A DNA stretch of 64,000 nt, taken from IMG/VR virus record IMGVR_UViG_643348549_000020; one strand, given 5' to 3'. Made by a program: the position numbers and the translations under genes. The notes under the pieces were generated by a model, which saw only the letters and a program-made list of their open reading frames with translations, did not search any database and was not told where the DNA came from. The DNA is from a virus (Duplodnaviria; Heunggongvirae; Uroviricota; Caudoviricetes). Each line of letters starts with the position of its first letter. Positions within the stretch are counted from its first letter, which is position 1. Positions 30,368-40,530 of the stretch are shown in pieces.

Positions 30368-30645
30368 TCCTGTTCGACAAAAATCCGGGGTTTACCGTTG
30401 TACGTGTCATAACGGGTCACCGTCAGTGTGCGCCCCGCAAACACAACAACATCATGACGGGCCGGACGGTACCGGGCTGAAAACACCACCAGTGACAACT
30501 GGCTGCCCGAAAGCGCCCCCATCTCCGCGGACTCTTCCTCCGGCATCACGTCGTACACGACGCCGTTAATCTCCGCCTGTTTGCCCATCACCCGAACGGT
30601 CGCCACGTCCATCCGGCAACACATTCGCGTAAACAGATCAGACAT
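30364..30645 (-). CDS. head-tail joining protein (FII-like position)
   Basis: 93-aa ORF between head and tail modules, stop overlapping the next start. Confidence 0.4.
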   Translation of the reverse strand: MSDLFTRMCCRMDVATVRVMGKQAEINGVVYDVMPEEESAEMGALSGSQLSLVVFSARYRPARHDVVVFAGRTLTVTRYDTYNGKPRIFVEQE

Positions 30646-30964
30646 TGATTTTTACCGCCACAGTGGCGCTGTTTGCAGGGGCATTTTCCCAGGCTACCCC
30701 CGCTGCCACCGCACCGTCTGCAGCCAGCTGCACAACCCCGTCCTTCAGATAAACCACCGCGCCGGACTGAATGTCGTCAGCAGACTGTTTGGGCAGCAGG
30801 AACACGCCTTCGGCAAAACCGTCACCGGCCTCACCGGCAGGAATATCGGTAATGGCCACGGCCACCATACTGCCGACCACCACCGCAGCACCGCTCAGGA
30901 TGGTCTGATCTCCGGCATTCACCAGTTCAATGGTGGTACCGTCCTGTACAAAATTTTTCGCCAT
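30638..30964 (-). CDS. small head protein (decoration/stabilisation-like)
   Basis: 108-aa Gly/Ala/Val-rich ORF directly downstream of the capsid gene. Confidence 0.4.
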   Translation of the reverse strand: MAKNFVQDGTTIELVNAGDQTILSGAAVVVGSMVAVAITDIPAGEAGDGFAEGVFLLPKQSADDIQSGAVVYLKDGVVQLAADGAVAAGVAWENAPANSATVAVKINV

Positions 30965-31051
30965 AATGCTGTTTCTCCGGACAGCCCCTGTGGGGCTGTT
31001 TTTCAGGCATAAAAAAAGCCCTTTCGGGCAGTGATTGTGATAACGCGGTTA

Positions 31052-33031
31052 TCAGGCCACCGACGAACGCACCAGCCCGCGCCAGTCAAGTGGTGCCACT
31101 CCGGCATCAATACGGATTTTTGTGGCAATGCCGTCAGTGGTGAAACCTTCCTGCTGATCAATGTATGGCGTGTCCACACCATCCAGCCAGGCCACTTCAA
31201 TGGTGTCAGTGCCCTGTGCCGCCGCCAGATACCAGGTTTTCGGGTCTGCCGCATCAAGACGCGCTTCTGCAATCACCTCAGCAAAGTTCTGGATAGGGTT
31301 AATGACACCGGCGTTTGCATCCGCCCCTTTCACACTGGCCGATTTGATGGTCTGGTTCGCCACCGTCTCCAGTGCCACCGGTACCAGCATAAAGGCCGGA
31401 CGGATATTCAGGGCACGATCGCCTTCTTTCTGCAGGCGCATCATCTGACGGGCCGCATCCAGTCCGGAAACGGAGATCCCCCCGGTGGCAATATTTTTGT
31501 GATCGGCATGGAACAGCGCCTTACCGTCGGACAGTTTCGGGTTATCCGTCAGCACCTTGTAGACCAGGTCACCAATCGTTGCCTTCGCCGCACGCCCCAT
31601 CTTCATCGGCACGTCCACCAGCATATTCAGATCATCATTGATAATGGCCTGGCGGGTGATGGAGAAAATCTCCCCGTAAGTGGCCAGTGCAATGGTCTCC
31701 TTGCGATCTGAGGTGGTGATGTATTTATACTCCGCCCCCTCACGAACCTGGCGCAGAGAACCAAAACCGCCCATCCCCACGCGATACGCTGTTTTGAAGT
31801 CTGACAGGCGTCCCTTACGGGTCCACTTCTGGAAGGTTTCTTCTGATTCCTCCCAGCCCTGGATCAGCCCCTTGTTCGACACATCCAGCAGAATATTGCC
31901 AAAATCAGAGGTGCTGTGCGTCAGCGCCAGCCCGACCATCTGCATGGGGTTATAACTGGCCACCCCAATACCGCGCTCCGTCAGTGACATGCGAGCCCAT
32001 TCACGCAGGGTCATCCCGTTATAGGCGTTATCCTTCTCGACATTTTCAAATCCGGCACGGGCCAGCATCGCCTGGCGGATCCCGTCCCCCACAAAATTGC
32101 CGTTTCCGGCATAAATATGGGCCGGTGTATTTTTGTTGGTCGGCGAGGACTCCTTGCCCATTTCATTCAGCAGTCGTTCACGGGCCATTTCCAGCGAACA
32201 GTCAGGATCAGCCACGCACTGTGCCTGAAGCGTCTGATAGCGACCACCGAACATGGCAAACAGATCGTTAATGCCTGACATGCGGGCTTTCTGTTCTGCC
32301 ATAACGCGGGCGCGAATGGTCGCCTCATCAGACACTGCCGGTACCGGTGATGGTTCTGTTACCGCCGGTGCAGGGATTGTCACTGTGGTATCACGCGGGG
32401 CACTGTTGCGTGGCGGAGTAATCATGTTTCGGATGGATTCCGGCATCTTTTTAAATTCCTCTGTACGTTTTGACTGAATACATGCCATTGCCTCAACAGC
32501 GGGTGTCACCTGGTCAGCAAATCCGTGTGCCAGACATTCGGCACCGGACATCCAGGTTTCATCCGCCAGCATGGCGGCAATTTCATCGGTGGTTTTTCCG
32601 GTTTTCTGCGCATAGGCTGGCAACAGTACCGATTCGACTTTATCCAGCAAATCGGCATAACTGCGCATATCCTCAGCATCCCCGCCACTGAATCCCCATG
32701 GCTTATGGATCATCATGAAGGCATTTTCCGGCATAATGACCGTATCACCGGCCATCGCAATCACAGATGCCATCGAGGCGGCAACGCCATCCACATACAC
32801 GGTAATGGTCGCCCCCTGATTTTTCAGGGCATTAAAAATGGCGATGCCTTCAAAGACATCGCCACCCGGTGAATTGATATGGAGATTAATGTGGGTGATA
32901 TCACCCAGTGCATTCAGTTCGCTGACAAACTGCTTCGCGGTAACTCCCCAGAAACCAATCTCGTCATAAATATAAATATCCGCGTCACCCGGCCCCCCAG
33001 CCTGCATCCTGAACCAGGATTTATTCTTCAT
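31052..33031 (-). CDS. prohead protease (ClpP-like) fused to major capsid protein
   Basis: N-terminal ClpP/S49-like serine protease motifs (INSPGGDV..., MASVIAMAGD); C-terminal capsid-like region; start set at ATG 33031. Confidence 0.8.
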   Translation of the reverse strand: MKNKSWFRMQAGGPGDADIYIYDEIGFWGVTAKQFVSELNALGDITHINLHINSPGGDVFEGIAIFNALKNQGATITVYVDGVAASMASVIAMAGDTVIMPENAFMMIHKPWGFSGGDAEDMRSYADLLDKVESVLLPAYAQKTGKTTDEIAAMLADETWMSGAECLAHGFADQVTPAVEAMACIQSKRTEEFKKMPESIRNMITPPRNSAPRDTTVTIPAPAVTEPSPVPAVSDEATIRARVMAEQKARMSGINDLFAMFGGRYQTLQAQCVADPDCSLEMARERLLNEMGKESSPTNKNTPAHIYAGNGNFVGDGIRQAMLARAGFENVEKDNAYNGMTLREWARMSLTERGIGVASYNPMQMVGLALTHSTSDFGNILLDVSNKGLIQGWEESEETFQKWTRKGRLSDFKTAYRVGMGGFGSLRQVREGAEYKYITTSDRKETIALATYGEIFSITRQAIINDDLNMLVDVPMKMGRAAKATIGDLVYKVLTDNPKLSDGKALFHADHKNIATGGISVSGLDAARQMMRLQKEGDRALNIRPAFMLVPVALETVANQTIKSASVKGADANAGVINPIQNFAEVIAEARLDAADPKTWYLAAAQGTDTIEVAWLDGVDTPYIDQQEGFTTDGIATKIRIDAGVAPLDWRGLVRSSVA

Positions 33032-34523
33032 GCTGGCTTTCGGTGTCGCGCTGATACTGTCGTTCAGTTCCGGCACTGTTGCCTCCTTTGTCGTTGACGG
33101 GGTCAGTATCAAAGACCAGCCCCAGTCTGCTGTTTTCATCAATTTCAGCCTTGCGGCGACGTTTGACCTCATCCGGATTGCGCCCACCAGCACGCACCCA
33201 GTCAGATTCTGTCGCTGCACCACCCCGGATCTGAATTCTCCAGGCTTCAGCTTCCTTAACCGGGTCGATCCACGGCATCACCGGACCGGAATACGTCGCG
33301 TTATATAGCGTTTTCATCTCCACATCCGCCGGAATTTTCAGCAGACCTGCCGCAACCACCATATTCAGCCATGTCCGGTACACCGGGCGGGTTACCGCGC
33401 CAATAAAACAGTCCTGCAGGATCAGGTAACCATCCGTGGACTCGACCAACTCCTGCCGCTGGGCGCTGTAGGTGCCGTTATAGTTACGCGCCGCACTGGA
33501 AAAACTCAGACGACTGCCTGCTGCCACTGCACGCAACTGGCCGTTGCGGAAAGTTTCAAGGTTGGGATTGGGACGGTCAGATTTGACCATGCCGATATCC
33601 TCGCCCTTGCGCAAATCGTCATAAATAATACCCGGGGTGATATGGACTTCCCGCTCGGTCTCTTTGCTCCCCGGATCTTCATAGTCCTGTCCGTCACCTT
33701 TACGGATATACAGTCCCAGCGCCGCAGCAATACGCGCCGCTGTCAGTTCCGCATCCTCATACTCCTTAAGGGCACTGATCCGCATCAGCACCCCCGATAA
33801 CATGGATGAGCCTCGCGTCTGATGCAGACGACGAGTGAACTTCAGGTGGATCATTTTTCCGGCAGCGATTTCTTTCGTATCACTCTGCCGGCCTCTGACC
33901 GGATAATTTTTATAAACCAGATATTTTTTCGGTCTTCCCCACTCATCAAGAAAAACCCCCTGATTCAGTCCGGCGGATTCATCAGTGCGCATGGGAACAA
34001 AATCCGGCTCCATCGCCTCAAGCCAGAATGGCACTCCCGCCGTCCGTTCCAGACCGTTTCCCGCACCACTGACCATCTGCGCAAACACTTCACCATCCCG
34101 CAGCCAGGTCCGCAGCAGTAAACGTTCAAGCACAGGACGGGTATACTGCCCTGTCACATCCGGACTCACGGACCATTCAGCCCACAAACGGCGGATATCC
34201 GCAGCCAGCTCAGCCGCCATTTCCCCGTTTTTTCGTAATGGCTGAGGCTCCACAATAATTCCCCTGGCACCAATCACCCGCTCTTCCAGCTTGTCAAACA
34301 CACCAATCACCAGGTCATGATTGATATCCAGAAAACGGGCCTGCTCCCGCAGGGAAACCGCACCGTATTTACTGAGCTGATCAGCAGAGCGATTTTCCCG
34401 CCGGGCTTTATGTGTCCGGGTCGGTTTCACCGCCTCATAGGCCATGATTAACGCCCTTGAACGCAGTCTGGCTGCTTTCCACCCGGGGGAAAACACGCCG
34501 ATCACATCATCAATAATTGCCAT
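33021..34523 (-). CDS. portal protein (lambda gpB family)
   Basis: 500-aa ORF between the W-like and capsid genes; lambda-type portal sequence. Confidence 0.9.
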   Translation of the reverse strand: MAIIDDVIGVFSPGWKAARLRSRALIMAYEAVKPTRTHKARRENRSADQLSKYGAVSLREQARFLDINHDLVIGVFDKLEERVIGARGIIVEPQPLRKNGEMAAELAADIRRLWAEWSVSPDVTGQYTRPVLERLLLRTWLRDGEVFAQMVSGAGNGLERTAGVPFWLEAMEPDFVPMRTDESAGLNQGVFLDEWGRPKKYLVYKNYPVRGRQSDTKEIAAGKMIHLKFTRRLHQTRGSSMLSGVLMRISALKEYEDAELTAARIAAALGLYIRKGDGQDYEDPGSKETEREVHITPGIIYDDLRKGEDIGMVKSDRPNPNLETFRNGQLRAVAAGSRLSFSSAARNYNGTYSAQRQELVESTDGYLILQDCFIGAVTRPVYRTWLNMVVAAGLLKIPADVEMKTLYNATYSGPVMPWIDPVKEAEAWRIQIRGGAATESDWVRAGGRNPDEVKRRRKAEIDENSRLGLVFDTDPVNDKGGNSAGTERQYQRDTESQHEE

Positions 34524-34759
34524 TAAAACCTCGCCAGTTTAAATCCCGGTTTTCCCCGCCTGCGGCTCACCATCGCGGCAAGCCTGCGTTCCCACTCCTG
34601 ACGTCCGGCGCGGATCTGAGAAAGGCTTTCCAGCGTCAGTTGCTGCCCGTTGAAGGTGACAGACTTTCCCTCCAGTACGGCCATTTCCGCTTCACGGTAC
34701 CGCTGTATCATTTCTCTGGCTTCTTCTGTGCTCACAACCAGCCTCCTGATGTTATCCAT
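34523..34759 (-). CDS. head-tail connector protein W-like
   Basis: 78-aa ORF between terminase large subunit and portal; stop overlaps portal ATG. Confidence 0.5.
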   Translation of the reverse strand: MDNIRRLVVSTEEAREMIQRYREAEMAVLEGKSVTFNGQQLTLESLSQIRAGRQEWERRLAAMVSRRRGKPGFKLARF

Positions 34760-36855
34760 GGATTATCTTCCGCACGCTCCGTCCACAGTTTTTTCTTCCG
34801 GCGACGGCGTTTTTCTGCCCCGGCCGTCAGTTCCGGGGATACCGTTTCACTAGAACGCTCCTGCGGGAAGACGAGCCACGTTTCCCGCTGTGCCCAGTCC
34901 GGTGCGGAGGGCCAGCGGATCTTTTCGTAACCATGCAGAACGGCAAGCGCATCCGCATAAACCAGCAGGTCAAACGCTTCGTTAGCGCCCCTGCCCGGTT
35001 TTCGCCATTTTCCGTCACTGCCGCGCTCTTCATAGGTCAGCTCATCGTAAAACCACCGCCCCAGCCAGTCGGGAAAGTGGATATAGTTCGGCCCTGGTGT
35101 GTCACGCCACAGGGCATTATTTACACGATCCTTAAACGCATCCGTCTGAACCAGCCACAGCGCGACATCGCCACTGGCTCTGGCACGGCGGGCACTTCTG
35201 CCGGTATTATCCGGGAAGGTTCGGTTAATCAGCCTGTCACGGCGAAGTCCATCCCCCTTGAACAGAAACACCCTGTTGCCCAGTCCGTCACTCCGGCAAC
35301 GACGCCAGAAACGATAGGCGTTATCTGTCACCCCGGCTTCCCCTCCCGTATCCACCGCCATGGCCATCAGACGCATGCGCACATCCGGATCAGAAGCCAG
35401 CGGCCATGTTTTATGGAACACATCCGTCAGCAACAAATCCCAGTCCTCCGGATATGCCGCCGGATCAACCGGCAGACTTTCACCGTTGGGACTGCAGCGC
35501 AGTGAATGCCGGATGTTGTAGCGATCAACAATCCAGCGTTCCCCCTGCTCTCCGTATCCGGTGATCTGCACAACAAAACGGCGATTTTTACCGCCCTGTA
35601 CGTCAACCGTTGCCTCAATAAAACGCACACCATCCGGCACAGATCGCCGGGGAAACGGCTCGGCACGCTGTTCAAGCAGTTCACTTTTACGCTGTTCCGT
35701 GGCTGAACGGGGCAGATAGGGTCGTCCGATATCGGTGTTCACCACCGCTTTCAGGGTCTCTTCACTGCCGGTTCGCTCATACTCTTCTTCTGCCGCCAGC
35801 AGTTTAAAAATCAGTTGTTCCCAGGTCTGAAACGCCGCAGCTGGCCCCTCCATCCAAAATGACGCAATCCGGGAGTTTCGTGGCGTTCCGGTGATACTGC
35901 CGTCCGCCGCCGCCCGTTCACCTTCACGAAGCCAGATCCCCTGGTTATTCAGTTCGCGTTTCTGCTCAGGGGCGATCAGCCCGCGACAATGCGGACACAT
36001 CAGACGGGCAGCCTGACCGGCAGCCACAAAATCCGGGTTATTCCGGTATCCGGTCATGTTATCCATCACCGGCTGAAAATATTCCCCGCAGTGCGGACAC
36101 GGCCAGTACCACCGGCGGCGGTCTCCCCGGTTATACAGTGACAGGATCCCCGTTGTTGGCGGTGCCTCATGTGCGCCACCACAACGCCATTTGGTATCGG
36201 TGATATCCCGCCCCGGTGAACTCTCGACCAGGGTCATCCCCGAGGACATAAAGGTGGTGGTACGCTTTGAGGCCAGCGTGAAGGCATCCCCTTCCCCGTC
36301 CACGTTTTCAGGGAAACGGTCATAATCCGTCAGCGCCACACGACGGTAATCCGAAGAGGAAAAGACGGTGATCGACGGCCAGCCAATCTTCAGGAAGGAG
36401 CCGTCAAGAAACATTTTATCGTGGACGTTGTTGTCATTACGGGAAGGACTGAGGCGCTTGCTGACCTCCGGACTGTGGCGAAACGTCCTGGAAAGACGCG
36501 TTCTGGAATGCTCACGCGCCTTCGTCTCAGTCATCTGCACCACCAGCATATCCGCCGGATCACAGATGATGCCGTACACAATCCAGCCATCAATCAGCCC
36601 TTCGGTTTTCCCGGTTCGCGCAGGTCCCACAAACACCACCGCGTCATATTCACGGGCTGATAATGTATTAATGGGGTCAATCATATAGGGCGTCAGCGAT
36701 GACTCCCACGGACCGGAAGTATTGGCTCCCCGTGGAACCCGCATATAACGCCTGATGGCTTCCGCTACTGGTAACCGGCTGGGTGGGCGAAACAGCGAGG
36801 CCACTTCGCGCCAGATATCGGATGCGCGGCTATGGCTCTCGTTCACCTGATTCAC
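34732..36855 (-). CDS. terminase large subunit (GpA family)
   Basis: 707 aa; Walker A P-loop GPARTGKT; GTG start overlapping the terminase small subunit stop. Confidence 0.9.
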   Translation of the reverse strand: MNQVNESHSRASDIWREVASLFRPPSRLPVAEAIRRYMRVPRGANTSGPWESSLTPYMIDPINTLSAREYDAVVFVGPARTGKTEGLIDGWIVYGIICDPADMLVVQMTETKAREHSRTRLSRTFRHSPEVSKRLSPSRNDNNVHDKMFLDGSFLKIGWPSITVFSSSDYRRVALTDYDRFPENVDGEGDAFTLASKRTTTFMSSGMTLVESSPGRDITDTKWRCGGAHEAPPTTGILSLYNRGDRRRWYWPCPHCGEYFQPVMDNMTGYRNNPDFVAAGQAARLMCPHCRGLIAPEQKRELNNQGIWLREGERAAADGSITGTPRNSRIASFWMEGPAAAFQTWEQLIFKLLAAEEEYERTGSEETLKAVVNTDIGRPYLPRSATEQRKSELLEQRAEPFPRRSVPDGVRFIEATVDVQGGKNRRFVVQITGYGEQGERWIVDRYNIRHSLRCSPNGESLPVDPAAYPEDWDLLLTDVFHKTWPLASDPDVRMRLMAMAVDTGGEAGVTDNAYRFWRRCRSDGLGNRVFLFKGDGLRRDRLINRTFPDNTGRSARRARASGDVALWLVQTDAFKDRVNNALWRDTPGPNYIHFPDWLGRWFYDELTYEERGSDGKWRKPGRGANEAFDLLVYADALAVLHGYEKIRWPSAPDWAQRETWLVFPQERSSETVSPELTAGAEKRRRRKKKLWTERAEDNPWITSGGWL

Positions 36856-37328
36856 ATATCGGCCTCATCACAACAGTCAATGACTGCCTTTTCCAGTGTG
36901 TCGCGGATCTCATCAACCACAATCTGTACTTCATTCAGTTGTGATGCGGTCCACCCCCTGTCCCTCTCCAGCCGGTCAGGCCAGGTTTCCAGTACCTGAA
37001 CTATCGCTTTCACCACGACAGAAAAGGACCGCCTGACATCACTGACTGGCACAAGCTGACCAGTTTCCTGCTCAAATTTCAGTCGGTCACGTTCTGACTG
37101 GTACCATGCTTTACGCGCATGAGGATCCATTTCCTCGTTATCTACAGGCAGAGGAGCTTTCATCAGCTCGGCAAGGATATCTGTCAGTCGGTACAGTTTG
37201 AGATTGCTCTCATGACCACCGGCTGGGCTTATGTTTTTTACCCGAGCCGCAACAGTCTGTCGATGAGCACCGGATAATGCGGCCAGTTGGGAAATATTCA
37301 GATGCAGATTTTTTAATTCACGATCCAT
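36852..37328 (-). CDS. terminase small subunit
   Basis: 158-aa ORF immediately upstream of the large subunit, N-terminal HTH-like region. Confidence 0.65.
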   Translation of the reverse strand: MDRELKNLHLNISQLAALSGAHRQTVAARVKNISPAGGHESNLKLYRLTDILAELMKAPLPVDNEEMDPHARKAWYQSERDRLKFEQETGQLVPVSDVRRSFSVVVKAIVQVLETWPDRLERDRGWTASQLNEVQIVVDEIRDTLEKAVIDCCDEADM

Positions 37329-37740
37329 AACTCCCCCTGAAAATTATGTAAACACACACCAGTGATGAACAAAAAACAACCAGATTCGACACTAAAAATT
37401 TTTATTTTTCTATATATCAACAACTTACACTGGTGGTGATGGTGCCATAAAAATCAAAAAATGCGCCTTTTTCCGCGCCGCCCGCCCCGTGTTCAGGCCC
37501 ACCCCACCAGGAGGACCCGCAAAATGATAATGGTTATCATTTGTAATGTAGTCCGGTTTCTTCCACCATCGCACCGGACCAGCGACTATGAGGGGACAAC
37601 GCCGCGCTCCGTTAACGCGGTAAACCCCGGTGTGTATCGTTTTTGATTATCCCCGCACACTCGCGCAGAGGAGTCTCCCTGTCGGGCTGCGGTCTCTGTT
37701 AATGAGGGAATACAGCGACGATACGGCGCATCCGCAAAAC

Positions 37741-38208
37741 TTAGTTCAGGCACTGAGTGCGGATATAGTCCTGTGCCCCTTCCAGCTGCTTCTGCATTGT
37801 CATCAACCGTTCTCTGAGGATGAAATAATCCCGTTCAGCGGTGTCTGCCAGTCGGGGGCCGGTTGCATTATCCACGCCGGAGGTGCCGGTGGCTTCACGC
37901 ACGGTACCGGAGCAGGTGGCGTTGATCCGCAGGCGCTTACGACCAGCGGCAACATCAGCACGCAGAGTTTCATTTTCAGCTCTCGCATCAGCTAATTCCC
38001 TTGAGTATTTTGCATCGAGCGCAGCAACATCGCGCTGGCGCACCTGCATATCAGTAATGGTTGCGTTTGCCAGCTCCAGCTCTCTGGCTTTTTTATCGCG
38101 CTGCGCTTTGTAGGTGATGGCGTTATCACGGTAATGATTCAGCCCCAGACTAAGCGCACCACAGGCCACCAGCAGGGCAATGATGACCACACACAGTACG
38201 CGGTTCAT
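37741..38208 (-). CDS. Rz: i-spanin Rz
   Basis: 155 aa; N-terminal TM helix then coiled-coil; last gene of the lysis cassette. Confidence 0.75.
   Translation of the reverse strand: MNRVLCVVIIALLVACGALSLGLNHYRDNAITYKAQRDKKARELELANATITDMQVRQRDVAALDAKYSRELADARAENETLRADVAAGRKRLRINATCSGTVREATGTSGVDNATGPRLADTAERDYFILRERLMTMQKQLEGAQDYIRTQCLN
37803..37973 (-). CDS. Rz1: o-spanin Rz1 (lipoprotein embedded in Rz, +1 frame)
   Basis: Embedded ORF with lipobox [15 protein letters not shown] and Pro-rich mature part. Confidence 0.55.
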   Translation of the reverse strand: MKLCVLMLPLVVSACGSTPPAPVPCVKPPAPPAWIMQPAPDWQTPLNGIISSSENG

Positions 38209-38506
38209 TTCACCACCAGCGTATCTGACCGATGAAATAACCGGAGACCATAATCACAAACACCAGCCAGATAAGAATGAACTTCCAGGTAGATAATTTT
38301 TCAGCCATCACTCAAATCTCCCGAATCAGTTTGCTAAAATCAAACACACTTTCTCCTTTGACTTTTCCGGAGTCAGGAAACACAAAACCCCACCTGCTGC
38401 TAACAAACGGGGTTTTTACTTTTATTCACTCAGGTTTTGCCAGTTCGCAGGATTTCGTGTTATCCGTCCGCGTTGGCCAACGTCATTTTTCAGCAAAATA
38501 TTCTGC

Positions 38507-39040
38507 TTATCTGTCGATACCCCAGCACGCCAGCGCGCTCTCCTGGTCACGACGGGATACCTGACCATAGCAATTATTTGAGCGGATACGGCAGTCTCTG
38601 CCTCCGTCCTTAATCCACCAGCGAATCGCTTCACACGCTCCCCTGCGGTCGCCTGCATTAATTCGTTTATAAAACGTCGACGGGAAACACTTACCGGGGC
38701 CAATGTTATACGGGCAGAATGACGCGATCCCCGCTTTCTGGGGTTCAGTCAGTGGCACTTTGATGTTTTTCTCCACCCATGCCAGCGCCTTATCACGCTC
38801 AATGGCGTTAACCCGGTCGCATTTCCCCTTCGACAGCTTCATGCCAGGAATAACAGGCTTACCATCCACCCGGGTGGCTCCACGGCAGATGGTCCAGATA
38901 CCCGCACCATCACGGTATGCCGTGGTGTGGTTACCTTCTTTTTCGTCAAGAAACTGGTCGAGAATTTCAGGCGCAGAAGCACCTGCGGCAATCAGCGCCA
39001 GAACGGCAGCCGACAGGCCGTATTTGATTTTTGTGTTCAT
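38507..39040 (-). CDS. SAR endolysin (phage 21 R-type lysozyme)
   Basis: 177 aa; N-terminal signal-anchor-release segment MNTKIKYGLSAAVLALIAAGAS; lysozyme-like body. Confidence 0.85.
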   Translation of the reverse strand: MNTKIKYGLSAAVLALIAAGASAPEILDQFLDEKEGNHTTAYRDGAGIWTICRGATRVDGKPVIPGMKLSKGKCDRVNAIERDKALAWVEKNIKVPLTEPQKAGIASFCPYNIGPGKCFPSTFYKRINAGDRRGACEAIRWWIKDGGRDCRIRSNNCYGQVSRRDQESALACWGIDR

Positions 39041-39076
39041 GGATATATTAAATATTCAGCCGCTGTCCCAGGCCCA

Positions 39077-39634
39077 CTAAATACGCACTTTCAGATAAGT
39101 CAGTCCGGGATGAAGCCAGTAAGCCGGCACTTTTTTAAAGGGTGGAGTATTAAAATTACGAAGAAGAGCCTCCCGCACAATTGCATCCTTATCAGCACCA
39201 CTGGCCAGCGCTTCAATCTCAGCGGCTACCTGCAGATACCCCATGCAACGACCAATGCGCTGCATCAGCCCCTGTTTTTTATTGTTCTTCAGGTAATCAA
39301 TGGCAAATTCAATGAGCGTCTCACTGTGCTGGTGCGATGGCAGTGTTACTTTTCCATTTTCTGATATGGTGATTTTCCCGTCATCACCGGATACAACAAA
39401 GGATGGCCGGTTACACTCCCATTCCAGCTCACTGCAATTATCATTATGAATACTGAAACACTCTGCGAGATTTCTGCTCATCACTTTCCGACAATAATCG
39501 TCAAACGCAGCAAACTGCTCATCGCGGCGTTTTTTTTCATCTTCAGAAGGCATCAGCGCCGACAGTTTTTTATTCAGTTCAGCAATTTCATTTTCCAGAC
39601 GACTGAAGCGCTGATTCATTTCTTCATGGTTCAT
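39077..39634 (-). CDS. hypothetical protein inserted between holin and endolysin
   Basis: 185-aa ORF from ATG with Shine-Dalgarno; N-terminal predicted coiled coil; no recognised family. Confidence 0.5.
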   Translation of the reverse strand: MNHEEMNQRFSRLENEIAELNKKLSALMPSEDEKKRRDEQFAAFDDYCRKVMSRNLAECFSIHNDNCSELEWECNRPSFVVSGDDGKITISENGKVTLPSHQHSETLIEFAIDYLKNNKKQGLMQRIGRCMGYLQVAAEIEALASGADKDAIVREALLRNFNTPPFKKVPAYWLHPGLTYLKVRI

Positions 39635-39637
39635 CAC

Positions 39638-39853
39638 CTACTCTCCCCGTGCCGCCTTACGCCTGTCCTCTCTGATTTTGAAATACAGGTTCGTCAGGTA
39701 CGTCAGCAGACCAAACAGCAGACTCCCCAGCACGCCTATTGCCGCCCACTGAGACGGGGAAACCCTGTCCAGCAACTGCAGGAACCAGTAGCCCGTTCCC
39801 ACCGCTGACGTGGTGTATGACACACCTGTTGTGATTTTTTCCATCTGGTTCAT
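39638..39853 (-). CDS. pinholin (phage 21 S-type)
   Basis: C-terminal region ...[37 protein letters not shown] closely matches S21 pinholin; two candidate starts (MNQ/MEKI). Confidence 0.8.
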   Translation of the reverse strand: MNQMEKITTGVSYTTSAVGTGYWFLQLLDRVSPSQWAAIGVLGSLLFGLLTYLTNLYFKIREDRRKAARGE

Positions 39854-39930
39854 ACCCCGCCTCCCGCAATCCGGAAGCTCACAACAATAAAAAAGACCAC
39901 CGGCACACACCGATGGTCCCTGACGCATGC

Positions 39931-40176
39931 TTACATCATCATGTCGCTGTCCGGTGTGGGGTCACCGCTGTCTGAAGCACTCCCCTCACCCGCGATGCCT
40001 TCCGGCTCCGGAGCTGCCGGTGCGCCCAGCAGTTCATCCAGAATGGCATCCACTTCTGCATCAAGACGCGCTTCCAGGTTATGGCGAAGTTTCTGTTTCA
40101 GTGCGCTCCGGACTTCTTCAGAGCGCAGGACTTCCTTCACTGCTTCAGCAGTGACCAGGGATGTAATTTCTGACAT
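39931..40176 (-). CDS. DUF826-like small acidic phage protein
   Basis: 81-aa ORF from internal ATG ([16 protein letters not shown]...); acidic C-terminus. Confidence 0.45.
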   Translation of the reverse strand: MSEITSLVTAEAVKEVLRSEEVRSALKQKLRHNLEARLDAEVDAILDELLGAPAAPEPEGIAGEGSASDSGDPTPDSDMMM

Positions 40177-40216
40177 GGGATTTTCTCGTCGAAAGGTGTG
40201 ATTAAGAAAGTTGCCG

Positions 40217-40396
40217 CTAAATGAGCGGCTCTTCGGGTTTGCTTCCGGCTGACTGACTGGCGCTGATTTTCTCAGCGGCCCTTTTGTCAATCTGTCTGCG
40301 CCAGAAGTCACGCATGGCCCTGTACCCACCCGAAAGGAGATACAGCACACAGACCACCGTACAGAAGTACAGCATTAACTGGTTCAGAAATGTCAT
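40217..40396 (-). CDS. small membrane protein
   Basis: 59-aa ORF MTFLNQLMLYFCTVVCVLYLLSGGYRAMRDFWRRQIDKRAAEKISASQSAGSKPEEPLI found by manual translation; one TM helix. Confidence 0.35.
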   Translation of the reverse strand: MTFLNQLMLYFCTVVCVLYLLSGGYRAMRDFWRRQIDKRAAEKISASQSAGSKPEEPLI

Positions 40397-40530
40397 AATT
40401 TCTTTCCGTTATTGTTGACAATAAGAACTGTTTTCATTAAAAACCAGAGTACGAAAGTATCGTTCCTTTATTTTTTCTCCATAGGTATCACCACCGCCAG
40501 CGTCCATTCCTGTCGCTGGCGGTTTTTTTA

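Noticed and set aside
33032-33223. N-terminal 64-aa extension of the protease-capsid ORF in the track
   Set aside because: The extension overlaps the portal gene C-terminus in another frame; an internal ATG at 33031 gives a start consistent with gene packing.
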